From Bispira polyomma (Eukaryota): DNA of 64,000 nt. A program made the position numbers and the translations under genes. The stretch is taken from positions 49,662,001 to 49,726,000 of the forward strand of contig OZ287753.1 in assembly GCA_965649765.1 (NCBI GenBank), written 5' to 3'. Below are positions 39,801 to 52,800 of the stretch, one piece after another; within the stretch, counting starts at the first letter, position 1; each line of letters starts with the position of its first letter. The notes beneath the pieces are model-generated. The model saw only the letters and a program-made list of their open reading frames with translations, was not told the origin of the DNA and ran no database searches.

Positions 39801-42800
39801 TCCACATCAAGGTCACTCCTTTTACTGTTTCATGCGATCAGGAGCCTCTTTAGCATTTAACCAAAACATAAAAGTACAAGACATTCAGAAACACGGTTGT
39901 TGGAAGTTAAATGCAATTTGGAATTACCTAGAGGCAAGATCACATGCTGCCTCAATTATCCCTGCTACTTTCATGGCCCTTATCACCTTTTCTATTTAAA
40001 CTTTCTTTGGCTTTGGGCATAACATATTAAAAGTTTTAAAATCCTTTTAAAATTTGTAAAGTTGTTAATGGTGAAATATGAAAATAAATATTCCCAAACC
40101 GACATCTGACTTCCCAGTTATTATAAAGTTAACCTCAACACGGTCAAAATTCACATCATTGTGGACCTAGTCTGGGTCATTTGAAAGTGACTGGGGAAAG
40201 CTCAACCACTATATCAATCAGGGTTTAGCAAATGAGACGGAGGCCAAAGGCATGTAAAAGATTATAAACTGTCTTTGTAAACAAACTACATTGAAAAAAT
40301 ATATTATCTCCTCATTTTTTGAAAATTCAAGCTAACAATTACATAGATTTCCCCATTTGTCATTGTTAAATATCAGGAAAAGAACACTATGAATTTGTCT
40401 CTAGGTTTGCATGCAAGGCACAATACAGAACAAATGAAATATGTTAAACTCTAATATGCAAACTTTATTATTTATTTCTTCACATAAGAAACCTTAAATA
40501 ATTAAGTGAACTGACTATTTTGAAACACCACTTTTATTTGGGTAAAGTTGAGAGCAGTTTGGATATAATGACTAAATATCAAATAACAACTCCATGAAGT
40601 TTTACAGAAAAACCCAACTGTCACTAACACTTTTGCCTTGGTGAAAACATAGTTTTTCCCACTTTTTTTTTCGAGAAACAAGAAAAGAAATATTGCAATC
40701 TATCAGAAATATTAGATGGTTACAGTGTTTGTGTGAAACAAGACAAATTAGCCAAGCTCCACCCAGTTTAAGAAATATAAAGTGCATTTAAATACTCTAC
40801 CACAAAGTAGATATATTTTAGCATACATAAACCTCCAAAGCTCTATATTTGTTGTAGAGTAGATTAAAACAGGTCAATATTGTTATGTATCTAGCTACAT
40901 TGTATTTTAGTTTCTACGGAATAACGTCTCTTACTGCCTCTCCATAACACCATTGTGTGAAACTCACATCATTGTACTGATTCAAGAAGTAGTTGTTCCA
41001 GGGCAAATGAAATTAAATAATAAACAAATCAGAAAAAATAACATCCATTTGTGATAATAATAATGCTTAATTTAACATTATCTATGCAGGTCCTGTTGAT
41101 CATTAATTCTTGATGCTATTTATTGTGGTGTTTACCAAAATAAATAAATAAAAAGATAAATATTATAATTAAGGCAGGCAGTCATTTTGGTCCTCATTCA
41201 CATATTAAAGTAATTTAAGTAGTTTTTCACCATCCTAGACTATATTATTGTCTTATGTCATATTAACATAATATATAAACATGCCACAAGTAAGAGTGCA
41301 ATATCTTAAATGTCCTGCGCCTCTCCTGTACAAATATAAGATTTTAACAGGATTAAATTTTTATTTTTTTTTGTTGAAAAATTAATTCCACATGAATGTT
41401 TTTAACATTATCAATCTCTCTTTTACAAGGAGTGAATAATAACAACAATACTAATAAAACATACATTGACAAGATTACTAAAAGGGATTTTTTTGAAAAT
41501 ATTTTATAGATAATGTATATATTACAATATAATGTAACACTAACAAGAAAATCATACTAAAATAACTTCCTCTTCACGCGGACACTTAGTATAGGCCATT
41601 TATATATTCATATTAACACGTTGTTTTTATGTAATTAATGTAGGGAATTGTTGTGTTAACATACTTATTAACTTGAAAAGTGTATTGATTTGTATGCAGC
41701 TCATAATGGTACTTGACTAAATTGGCTTACATTCTTCAGCCATACATTTTACAATTACATATATGCTACACACATTTTTTTTTTTTTTTTTTTTTGGGGG
41801 GGGGGGGGGGGGGAGATGTAATGATGTAACTTGAGAACACTTGAGAACATCTTCTTGACATTTGTATTATAAGGAATACTTTAAATATTTCTTATTGAAA
41901 CTTAATTGCACAACCAAATGTTAAAGTTGTACACACAACAAATATTTCCTTGACATTTATATTTACAAGAAAAATTAATGTTTCTGATTGAAACCACATG
42001 TTAAAGTTGTTTACTTTTTTTCTCTTTATGATTAAAATACTTACAGATCTTTAAGAGTGGTATTATGCGAAGCATTTTTATAATGCCTCCTCTTATTCTC
42101 TCAGAATAGTTTGTCACCCAATACGACACTGGTCTTCATTAGTACAAAATGGATATATTTTGCCCAGTGTTGTGTTACCCACAACTTACCATTATAGTTC
42201 CATCATTAAAATTGTAAGTAAGAGGACAGTCGCTAAAGCGCATACCTCAATCAAAGAGTCACAATGCCAAGAAGTAAAAATAAACAAAGTCTGAATCAGC
42301 CCTTTTATGAAGATTGACTCCAATGTGTTATGGTCGATGTCGCTATCTCTCCACCAAATTCTATGTGTTTAAATTCTGGTGAGAAGCTAACTAACCAATC
42401 AGCAATCAACATCCTTGGCACAGGCAATAAATTTAAGCATACGAGTAACATAGAAAAGGCCTGATCTTACCTGGTTTCAGGATGTACAGCTATACCGCCA
42501 GGTTTATCCAGTTCTGTATCAATGACTGTATAGTGTAAATTAACATCCCCCATAAGTGGTGACATAAGGATCCATTTGTAGACTTGATCAGTCCAGTAGA
42601 GGTTGTTGGACACCCAGTCTATTGTAATACCTCCAATCTATGAATTCATTGAATATTTAACAAATATACATGTTAATGCTATACATTTATCATAGTATAT
42701 GATTTAATAATAATTTGGTGTTTGAGAAATGACTTAACATCATATTAAGCTATAGTTAAATGCTAGATTGTGTATACAGTGCAGTTCCTCTTTTTGAAAT

Positions 42801-45711
42801 AGATACTGCACTGCATCTGCAAAGACTTATAGTTCGCTATAATTTAAGTACAATAACTTGTCAAATAAATGTAACAATGTCAAGCTTACCTCTACCGAAG
42901 TGTGGGTGTGCAATTGTTTTAGTGTAGCTGTGGAATTGAAGGCATCCATCAGTGGAAATGTTTCAACATTGCCAACTTTTACATTACTGTAAGCTACTGT
43001 TTCCTTTGCATGGTGAACAGCTAACCTTTGATACAACATTGTATCAGGATTTCCATTGAGTGTCCTGGTACTCAAAGACCCTCCTCCTGTTAATATTTTA
43101 GTCCATTCCTTAGGATTACCTTCTATAGCTCCGATGAAAGGCACACCATTTTCATGGACTGCACTTATCAACGTGTAAATCTCCTCAGCTACAATAAAAC
43201 AGATTGAAAGCAAAGAAAACATCATATCAAATTACCTTATTTGGAGTATGTGATTTGTGTTATAAATTACTCTTACTGTTTTGTCATATTTGAGTAAATA
43301 ATGATTACTTCATAATAGTTTTTAAGGAGCAAACTTGTCACTTTACCATATAATATAATGTAACTTTAAACATGGTCTTATATGAAAATGCCAAAGCATA
43401 TTGTAACGCGAAATATTTTCTCTTGCTTCTGGCTTTTCTAGTCTTAATGATATTAAAATCCAGACCCCTTTCTCCCTCCGCATATTTATTTTTAAAGCAT
43501 AGTCATTTCCACCACCCTGTCATTAATTTGCATGTTAGAACAGCATCACATACAGTATATCTTTAAAATATTATAGCTCACAGCCTTTGGTGGTATTCCT
43601 CAGTTTCATCATAACAATAAACTTTCTACATTTCCTCTTACCTGTATGCTATTTTATCATCTCTATAGTTAAACCTTTTACATTCCGTTATTTTACAGAT
43701 GTGAATTTGTTCACACTTACATGCAAAGTAAAATTCCCAAACTTAATCTTTACTGTCTTCTACATTTAGGGTTTTGCAGCACTTTCAACAGCTCTGGTAA
43801 TGTTTTGATTGCCAAATTCAATGGTAAAGGAATCCAGTGCTGGTGCACTGTCAACCACCACCCTACACCACCAACCTATGCCTCATCAAATTCCCCACAT
43901 GAAGGAACAAACAGGATTCAAACCTCAAATGGGGAGAGGTCAATGATTGTGAAGTCGGGGTTCTAACCATTACGACACTGCAGCTCCTACATTTAAGGCT
44001 CAGCTTATCTGATTTTCAAATTTGACCTTTATGGGAACTGTAATAATACTAATATGCTTTTATAATTTTCGTAAGGGGCTGTCTCACTATGCCAATCATA
44101 TAGCTCCCGACCATCCTGATTATGTCATTGGTATATAATGGGGACCATATTCTGGACAATTGGTGAGTTGTCCTGACTTATCGTGGTCACTCGGGACACT
44201 CTTGGTCACTCGTACAATTTAACTTTCATGTAGAAATCCTTTGCGATTTGATGATCTTCAGCCGATAGGTCGGGGTCAATTAGGGTCAATCGTAATCGCT
44301 GCTAACGAGTTTTCTTTCCCTTAAAACGACCTGTCTTTTCTATTGGGATCTAAATCTGGAGTAAATTTAGTCATTATGAAAGGGATTTATTGTCCTATCT
44401 GTCCCAATGAGTAAGAGCATTACGAGTTATCGTCCACTTCTGAGTTATCCTGAGTTATCCTGTCAGATGTTAACAATAGGTCGTAAGAAATGGCTCAAAT
44501 GTAAAGATAACTCGGGTATGTCATAAGGATAGGTCTTTACCAAGCTCACGATTCTAAAGATAACTTGGGAGAAGTGGCCGATAGATCTTTAAGAAGCCCC
44601 AATTGTAAGGATAGATCCTAAATAAACTACCGATAGGTCGGGCAGAACAAAGGATAAATTGGGAGTGAAAGCGATAACTCGGTTATTTTAGGAATTAGTG
44701 AGAATGATTTCATTACACATTGCAATTATGCCAGAAAAAAGGAGAGCTACAAAGAAGAGGATACAGCCAGTACAGAAGAAGGAGAGAGAGTTTGAAGTGA
44801 GAGAAACAGATGAGGGAATTATTCCAGAAACTCAACAGTCCGGGATAGACAGTAACACCCCAGAATTGTTTCCTCAGTTGAACCAGGATACCCAGAACAT
44901 GCAGGAAACACAGGATACACCGGACAGTGAGGTGGTGGCGGCCTTCAGTCACAAACAGAGGAAGGGTAAGATAAGGACTGTGTTGTTAACTCATGAGCAG
45001 GAGGAGGCTGTGGTGGACTTTCTGAAGGACCATGAGAGGCTCTACAATAAGCGTGATCCATAGTATAAAGACTTTCAGAAGAAGAACATGCTGTGGGAGG
45101 AGTACTGCACGGCCAGGGGATTGGACTACTAGTAAACAAGGATTTTGATTGCTGTTGTTTAAAATCTGGTAGTACAGAGAGTAATCACCACTACTAAATT
45201 GATTTGATTAGATTAGATTAGAGTAATCTACCAAATTAATACCAAGTAACTCTTTGTTATATAAGCAGACAATTGTACGTAATATTAGATGGAATATGTA
45301 GGCATGCATAAATATTTTATTTCTATTCTTTATTGGAGTATTTAAATAGTGCCCTGTTAATATATTATCATCTAAGGCTCTCTATCTGCAATAGGGATAA
45401 TCCAAAAAACATAGTCTTGAACCTTTTGATCACAGGAACAACTCCTTAAAAGCTAGGTCCGTTGTATTTATGTCAGGAAAAGAAGCCATGTTCCAATCAA
45501 AATGATGCCAGAAGGATGACACTTCGTCTACTCAAAGTTATTTATAATTTACAGACTCCTTTGTTCTTAAATAATATCATGATTAGATTATGTCAAGCAC
45601 AACAACTTTGGTATAAGAGATAAAAGCATTACATTACCTAGCATAAACATTAAACTTACCTTCTACTGTAAGATGCGAAAGAATACATGTTAAGTATATG
45701 ATAATCCACAT
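24951..45711 (-). CDS. LDL-receptor-family (LRP-like) YWTD beta-propeller/EGF protein, multi-exon, 3' end not found in window
   Basis: 15 GT-AG exons with consistent phases: 45711-45660, 43188-42890, 42637-42471, 34227-33972, 33793-33646, 33197-33027, 32283-32020, 31428-31287, 31082-30948, 27811-27694, 27532-27376, 26431-26312, 25972-25748, 25556-25382, 25081-24951. Total 2560 nt, about 853 codons, no stop seen. Repeated LYWTD/FWTD motifs and two EGF-like modules. Confidence 0.9.
26590..26748 (-). mobile_element. Decayed tRNA-derived SINE (different family)
   Basis: Minus strand GTGGCCTAGCGGTTAGAGTG…CCAGGTTTGATCC gives A/B-box remnants. Confidence 0.55.
28140..29495 (-). mobile_element. L2/CR1 LINE RT-to-3' fragment (intronic)
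   Basis: YSTESAL…LTLIDLS, GSVLGP, MYADD, CYYHI, GSRA.SI.A..LWNTLP. Confidence 0.8.
29100..29762. repeat. Two diverged copies of an unidentified element of about 270 bp (about 29100-29385 and 29495-29762)
   Basis: Shared AAAATACATTG…AAGTTTAAATAGGGGTA…TCAGTTGCTGCTGGAAA…CTGGTATA. Confidence 0.75.
30948..32283 (-). CDS. LRP-like exons 7-9 (propeller 2)
   Basis: [15 protein letters not shown]…GLTVDPTEG; YLYYS…[12 protein letters not shown]; phases 1/1, 1/2 and 2/2 are consistent. Confidence 0.88.
33027..34227 (-). CDS. LRP-like exons 4-6 (end of propeller 1 and EGF 1)
   Basis: [19 protein letters not shown]…LYWVD; GFLFGISD…EQP; [13 protein letters not shown]…YLCVCP…YC. Confidence 0.9.
33390..33545 (-). 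mobile_element. Decayed copy of the tRNA-derived SINE
   Basis: GGTGAGAGATCAGTGATTATGAAGCTAATGCT…GGCCAC matches the SINE head. Confidence 0.65.
35025..40215 (+). mobile_element. YR retrotransposon D3 (Ngaro-like), intronic, antisense to host gene
   Basis: gag from 35383 ([16 protein letters not shown]; QFAAGQ). pol has [30 protein letters not shown] and [17 protein letters not shown] remnant has FFGFLRISN and RSGAS, with an internal deletion. Outer boundaries approximate. Confidence 0.88.
42471..43188 (-). CDS. LRP-like exons 2-3 (propeller 1)
   Basis: [11 protein letters not shown]…SVE, then [18 protein letters not shown]…[10 protein letters not shown], with canonical splice sites. Confidence 0.9.
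43780..43988 (-). mobile_element. Old tRNA-derived SINE remnant
   Basis: Minus strand GGAGCTGCAGTGTCGTAATGGTTAGAAC…CTTCACAATCATTG…GGTTTGAATCC; related to the other SINE copies. Confidence 0.55.
44075..45135 (+). mobile_element. PIF/Harbinger-like transposon 5' fragment encoding a MADF/Myb-SANT-like protein
   Basis: TAA|GGGGCTGTCTCAC terminus and subterminal repeats. ORF 44728-45063 ends [38 protein letters not shown] (MADF-like, one stop). No transposase or right TIR found. Confidence 0.65.
45660..45711 (-). CDS. LRP-like gene first coding exon (signal peptide)
   Basis: [17 protein letters not shown] followed by G|GTAAGT. Phase 1 matches the exon starting at 43188. A TTGCAG acceptor just before the ATG implies an upstream non-coding exon. 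Confidence 0.7.
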
Positions 45712-47329
45712 TTTCTGCAATTTATGACTATTTATTGAAACAGTGTCAATAAAATTAAGAATAAGATCCTGCCACATTAGTAAAAAAGGCAGGTAAATGT
45801 TTATTGCCTGGAAACATGCCCACCAAAATAACTTCCTTGTAGTTTAAGTGTGTATTTGGCAGTGTGCCATGGGAATATTTTACTACATATGCAATGAAAT
45901 AGAAGAACTGATTTTACAGAGCTTTTTACAGATTCCGATTTGATCTGAAAGTAATGATTTAATTCAACGAGACCTTGTTTTATGAGCATGTACAGAATAT
46001 TCTGGCTAGACATTAAACTTAATTAGTTTAATTAGTTCACGCTACTCAAAATCAATAAAAACCTAAGACTTTTTGCAAGTACTCTGACACCACTTCTTGT
46101 AGTCACGCTTGGGACCATAATCAATACAAACATCATTGCACATATTGTTTTAAATTACTAAACAAGGAGAACAATCGTCCTGAGTTTTAGTGCTTAAAAG
46201 CCAATAGCTCAAAATCAAGCAGTTAAGAAGGAGTTAGACGACTAAGTTCAGGTAGTGCCAGTGTCAGTTTAAGTGATAAAAGTATATGAACATAAATGTA
46301 CATAAAAGTAATTTTTGAAAAATTTACAATGGTTTTAATAAAATGGTTTTAATAAAAGAATTTATAGATGTAAATGAGACTAAATGTGAACAAACTATAG
46401 ACTATACATAGAATGAGGTGAATCAGCATGAGGGCGATTATGATGCTAGTCTAGATAAGACTCACATGTATCTCAGGAACTGGCATCCAGGCAACGGATG
46501 GTTTACCACAATAATCTGATCAGTACAGAGCAGGGTATAAACAGCATAATTCATAACTTACACAAAAATTTGGTGCATTATAATTCAAAAATTTCACAAA
46601 ATGAGGGAAGGTAAGAAGGTACCTGTACACTTATTGTGGTGTTTGCAATATGGCTTGTAGAATGTCAGTTATAGACTTTTGTTTTATGAATAACTGGGGC
46701 AACCAATACCCGGTAGTATTTAATAATGTTTCAGATTTCAGACCCATTTCAGGGTTTTACTATGAAATATACAATGCTGCAATTGACACATAAACTCCTG
46801 TAGGAAAATTGCCCAGTTTTCCCGTTAACATATCTCATATTTTTGACACAAGAATCATTATTGACTACAAATTTTGCATGCTTATACAGCCCAAGATAAT
46901 CGCAGTAAAACGATAACGTTTGATATATGATTGTGATTATACTGCATACATGCATAACATCATTGACAATATTTTTGAGCAATATAGTATGGCTGTTAAT
47001 AATATTAAAGCAATTTCACTGGATACTTTAAATAAATGTAAAAACGTAGTACTCTACAAAGTGCGTCCATCACTACAACTGCTGCCAAAAACAAGCTGAC
47101 GGTTACAAACATGAACTGAAATTCTTCTCCTGAAAATTACAACATTAAGGTCTTTTCTGTCCAACATAAAACAGTAGGTTTCATTACAATTTCAAGCACA
47201 AAAATTTCAGTTCATCAAGCTTGAAGTCTGTCTCGATTAATAAACGCTTGGGAGAACATCACACATAATCACCTAGACTAATTAATTGGCCAGTACTTCA
47301 AATTTTGTTCCCACTTTTACTTCAGAATA

Positions 47330-48890
47330 CACATGTCTTAAACCAAACAAACATAGATAATCATCATTCTGCACTTCGGTAAACTGAAACAATTGACAAA
47401 TATCTCCAACGTGAGAAAGATAAGGCCGCTTTGTTAGGCCCAGTTTCTAACATACATAGTATACACAACCATTGGGAATACTGTTTTAGGAAAAAGTTCA
47501 AAACCTATGTTTTTAACCTGGCCTTCCCACTGTAGTTTCTCTCCTGTACACCCCACATCCTTCCTTAAGACTTTGCTATGCCCATGGATCACATGATTGG
47601 GTTACTGATTATGCAGTTGTGCTTCACAAGATGCCTAGCATCAATAAAGAGCATTAAAAATGCACAATAATAATACTTGTTCACCATTACTTACCAGACC
47701 CAAGTATACTACTGAGACGAGGGTCATACTAGTTTTGTGACTCCCACATGGTACCTCTATACATTATCATGTACTCAAATATTTTTATGGCACAGACATT
47801 GTCCTACAATTCTCAAATATTGATAACATAACTGACGTTATAAACATTACTGTAGACCCACTTCTATTAAAGGTCAACATAGTCAGTCTTCAGAACCCTT
47901 AGTATCGACCCAGTCAAATTCCGAATCCAATGGAATAATGAATACTACATGGAGGCGCAGTTGCGTTTTGCTGGGCGCAAGGATGCGCCCCTTCCAGCAC
48001 TGCTCTGATATTAAAGAAGATCACATGAGCAAACTTGGTTTTAAGTTACACTGCTACATAGATGATTAAGGAAGGTTTTAAAAAATGATATGAGCGTCTG
48101 AGTGACATAGATCTCCCCATGAACCCTAGCAAAATTTTCCTTCCTTCTACCAAGGTAACTTTCCAAAGCAAAGACGTTGACATCATTTCAGGTACCATAA
48201 GTATCACCAAAGAAAAAATACATTGAATACACTCACAATGCAATGAAGCATGTAGTAAAGCGTGGTCATTATGTACAAGGCTTCAATGAGTACTAGGGAA
48301 GCTATTTTATATTCATAAGTGTGTAACACCAACAATATGCTTCGTAAATATATTGTTAGCTGTAAATATATTGTTAGCTGTAAATATATTGTTAGCTGTC
48401 AGAGCTACTCCCAATGCCAAGAGGTTTAAGGTCACAAACAACATAAAATGGGACATTGACTGGCTAATCCAAGTCCAACATGGCAACACTTACTATAACC
48501 CCAAAAGCATTAAACCATATTGGGACAAGAAATATATCCAACTCCAGTAATCAAAATATAAGAACAAATCCTTATTTAACAATAATTTATCCTTTCCAAA
48601 CATCAGCATTGTTGTTGTTCTGTCGTTGGATTCTATCTCCAATCCACCTCCACCTTCCATTATTGATTTCACTTTCTGCTCCACCATCCGTTCCTCACTC
48701 TAGTTAGGTTTGGTACATTTTAAAATCTTATATTTTCTAATATTTTAATATACTCTTACCTATAAACTTGTATATACCCAATAATATGTACAGAATAATA
48801 CTGCAAACCTAATCTTTTACTCTTCGAACTTATCCTGCTTTCATCTTTAGCTGACTGGGAACTGTTCCTAGCACAACCACTTCAGGGGCC
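47330..48890 (+). mobile_element. YR retrotransposon D4, heavily deleted remnant
   Basis: [44 protein letters not shown]; then the YR tail and a B-type 3' end (TGTACAGAATAA). Contains a short L2 3' insert at about 47480-47675. Confidence 0.75.
48345..48398 (+). repeat. 18-bp tandem triplication
   Basis: (TAAATATATTGTTAGCTG)x3 inside D4. Confidence 0.9.
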
Positions 48891-49029
48891 TGCTGTTTCA
48901 TTTCACAACCTCAAACACATCTAAAACTATTCTGGTTTCTCTTCTCTGTCCATCCTGCAAGAATATAATCCTGTAAGGATATAATGTACAAAGACAGCAT
49001 CTGTTTTGGAAGACAATTTGTAATCTACA

Positions 49030-49845
49030 CCATATGCAAATATTTCATTGGAAAATATGCTATTATATTCAGTTCCTTATATACTAGAAATTAGATTATT
49101 TTTAAATATCAATTCCTGTAAAAATATCTTCCACATAATTCATCTTTTTCCAAATTTATCATCTTGGGAATTTATTTTATATAATGATGTTAGTTACAAA
49201 TATTTTTTTTTATTTCTTTCTGCAAGCAATTCTAGTCTGAAGCTATTTAAAACATACTGCATTTCTCTTTATGGTAGTCAGTCCCCTGTAAGTAATAGTT
49301 TCAACCTGATTGTATATAAATATAAAATTAATAAATAAAATGTAAGTTACAACTTCTTTTGTCAATCAGTTAATCAAAAAAATATGTAACTTGTACAGTG
49401 AAAATTGTTTGACAACTTATGGTATCTTGAGTGACTGTATCCTATTAAGAGATACAAATAATAGATTTACAGGTAATGAGTTATATGACATTATTGAATA
49501 CGTTGGTACTAATTAAATTACATGTATCATTATATTTGATCACATGATCAAGATGTTTTAATTTAAAAAATGTTTTTTTTTTTGTTCTTTCTCAAAAAAT
49601 GTTCCCACAAATTGTGTACGATATTTTACGATAAATAAATAAATAAATATTTACTGCAAAACTTGTTTTTAAACAATGATATACATATCTTCTGGTAACC
49701 AATAAGTATTTTTTTACAGTATTAATCATTGTAAATCCATTTCAAGTCAAATTAAAATCCATTTTTTGATATTGTCCCACAACTGAACCACTTTTGTGCA
49801 ATTGCAAAATATATGTTCGAACTCCTAAATAAAAAAATAAAACTC
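49030..49845 (-). mobile_element. L1/Tx1 LINE C-terminal fragment with a nested CR1 3' end (+ strand, about 49230-49648)
   Basis: Minus strand 'FEHIFCNCTKVVQLWDNIKKWI'. Plus strand 'LKLFKTYCISLYGSQ' and an (AAAT)n tail. Confidence 0.65.
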
Positions 49846-52800
49846 CATTTGCACATCACGACCCAATAGGGGTCTGATAGTTCAGTTCCCAAAAACCCCC
49901 CTTCCTTATTTAACCCTACCTTAACTCCCTTTGGTTTCCTCTCCTTTCTTCTCTCTATCCTTTTGTGGCAACCAATTAGGGACCCTCCTTGCTTTTACTT
50001 ATTTCTCCCTGGGTGACTCCACCATATTGAATTAAGTCATTCAACAGTGAACATCAAGAAAATTTTAAATTCAGAAATACTTGGAAATACCTTTTAGTTT
50101 TTATTTGGAAGTGTTTTTATATTTTATAACCAGTGCATAGTGTTGTGAATATGGGGAGGACAAAGAAAACCCCTTTAAGTGTGCCACTCAAGGATAAGAA
50201 ACTGGCGCCTACCAAGAAACTAACAACAAAGGCAGGTACTTCTTCTCGTGTTAGGGACCCCAGAGCAATCCCATCCGACCGGCAATAGTCAAGCTAATCT
50301 TAGGGACGTTATGGCCGTGCTTCAGAGGTTGGAAACGGCTAACTCTGATATCAATGGACACCTCGAGAGGGTCAATTCGCATTTATGCAGTTATACCCCT
50401 GTAGGCTCAATTTCCAAAAGTTGATGTGCTGAGATCACTCCCAGAGGTGACTGCAGCCGTGAACCATCGTCTCGCTACATACGACGACCAACTGCGCACA
50501 GAATTTACTCAAGGTAAGCCACTACTGCGTCAAAAGTCAGGACGCTATAATACTACCGACATCGCCAATGCGGATTCACAACTCAGGTGGCCGAATGAGG
50601 GTTGTACTGGGGTATCTAGCAAAAAGAGACCCGCGTTTGACGACCTCACACTTCCTCAATGGGCGGCTGGCCAACTGTTTAATGTATCTCAAGTCCAGGA
50701 CCAAACTTTATTAAGACAAATGCTTGACCAGGTGATAAATTCGTTGAAGAACGCTTCCTCTCTCCCATGGCCAGCAGTCAGGGCAGCATGGGCTGCTAAT
50801 ATGCAGGAGGTGGAGGAGGGGCGCCTCCACTGGAGGGATGCTACTCAGTGGGCGTTGACGCGAATATGTGTTTCTCAACTGACAGTTTTGAACAGTCAGC
50901 AGCCAAGCATAGGAACGGCTATTCAGAAAGGCAAGCTATTGTGCAAATTTCATAACCTCGGCAAATGCAATCAAGAAGGGGACCACGGGCAGTACTGAAT
51001 ATTTACAGTATATTTGTTCTTACTGCCACAGAGTTCATAACACGGATGCTTCCCACCCGGCGGCTAAATGTGAGAATAATAACAACAAAAACAATCAGAA
51101 TTAAGGAAACAAAGCTTAGGGGTACAGTCAACAACTAACTGAACGAACAATTAGAAAGTGTGGGTGTTTTAGTAGCAGGGTAACTGATATGTCTTGTGTT
51201 TGTAGTAGTGTTAAATTTAATCAGCAAGAGACTAACATAACTTTATTGGATAATAGTGATAAAGGTTGGTTTGATAGTGGTAATATTCTAGGGAAATGTC
51301 AAATAGACAGTGTTTTAGAGCCCACATTGAATGAGGGCATTATTGACTGTAATCATGGAGAACATAATGACAGAGTAGTAATAGTAACTGCATGGTATAT
51401 TTTTTTTTCAAAAGATACTAATTCTGCAATAATGACTGATGTAAATAACATAGAATTTAGAGCTGTAGATATGGTGACAATGATATGGGCCATGATGGCT
51501 TAAGTTACTTGTCTACTGAACATACATGTAACTGGCCGAGTGAAGGCATTTATAATCCAAGTAACATTGTGCATTTAAATGTGCATGATTTGCCTATGGC
51601 TTCCGGTTTCTGATAAAAATTCTGATATGAATATGGCCATCACTATTTTAGTCCCTGCAGGCACATCCCTGAGGCCTACTTGGAAATCAAATCAACTGTA
51701 GAACTCATAGTTCATATTGACCCAACTCTTTGGGCTCAGAATCAGTATACTCTAGAGCAAAGGCAATATGCCAGCAATGTTTACTATTACTACAACAGAG
51801 ACCTGGAATGTCAAAATAACTATGGCTGTGATTATACACAGTATATTGAAAATCTAATTGATGACATTATTGATAAAGATGATTCCACTGGGTCTAATAA
51901 TAATGCACCCATGTTGGACATTGATGGTGAAACAGACAATGCTAGTATCACGTCCGTCCGTTCTTCTTCTAAACAAGCTGACCACGACAGCGAATACATT
52001 ACTACTTTAATTGAACACAACAAAAGGCATGGTTCCTCAACTAAAGATAAGCTCACTGATATTCAGCACAACTCAAAAGCCATTGCTTTATTAAGCTTTC
52101 AAATAAGGATTTTGAATTCATTGGCCCAGATAGGGAACCCCTTGCTATTACTACTGTAGATCAAATGCTAGAAATAGCTGAAATTATTAGAGACACAGGT
52201 GTGCCTAATTATAGGGCTGCTAGAATCCCCTTAAGTTATGGCCTCAACATTAAGGCTTGGGAAGATATACTTACAGGGCATCATGACAAAATCCTGCTCC
52301 AGTATCTTAAATTTGGATTCCCGTTGTCTCTTGAAAATCCTCAACTACTACATAACAATAACTTAAGCAATCATCACTCTGCTATGCAATACCCTCAGGA
52401 GGTGTGCAAATATCTAGAAAAGGAAAAGTCTAAGGGTGCCATTCTGGGCCCAGTTACACAGGTAATGGATAAACATTATCATGCTTCACCCCTGCTAACC
52501 AGACCAAAAGACATTGACAAGCGTAGAATCATTCTTAATTTGTCCTTTCCTTATGACCTCTCAGTCAATAGTCAGGTCCCCAGGGACACTTTTGACGGAA
52601 CTAAGTTTGCTCTCAGATTTCCTACGCTAGACAACATTACTGAGACAATTAGAAACACCAATAACCCAGTTATGTTTAAAACAGACGTTTCTAGGGCATT
52701 CAGGAATCTCAGGGTTGATCCCGTTGACGCCATCAAACTAAGCATAAAGTTGGACAATTGCTTTTACGTTGACGCTGCCGTTGCGTTTGTCTGGGTGCAC

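Noticed and set aside
41776-41813. Poly-T/poly-G run as a functional G-quadruplex
   Set aside because: Simple adjacent homopolymers, possibly a sequencing or assembly artefact; no context.
47688-47700. Minus-strand GTAAGT donor as the 5' UTR exon of the LRP-like gene
   Set aside because: It is the reverse complement of the D4 RT motif PLLTRP; no independent support.
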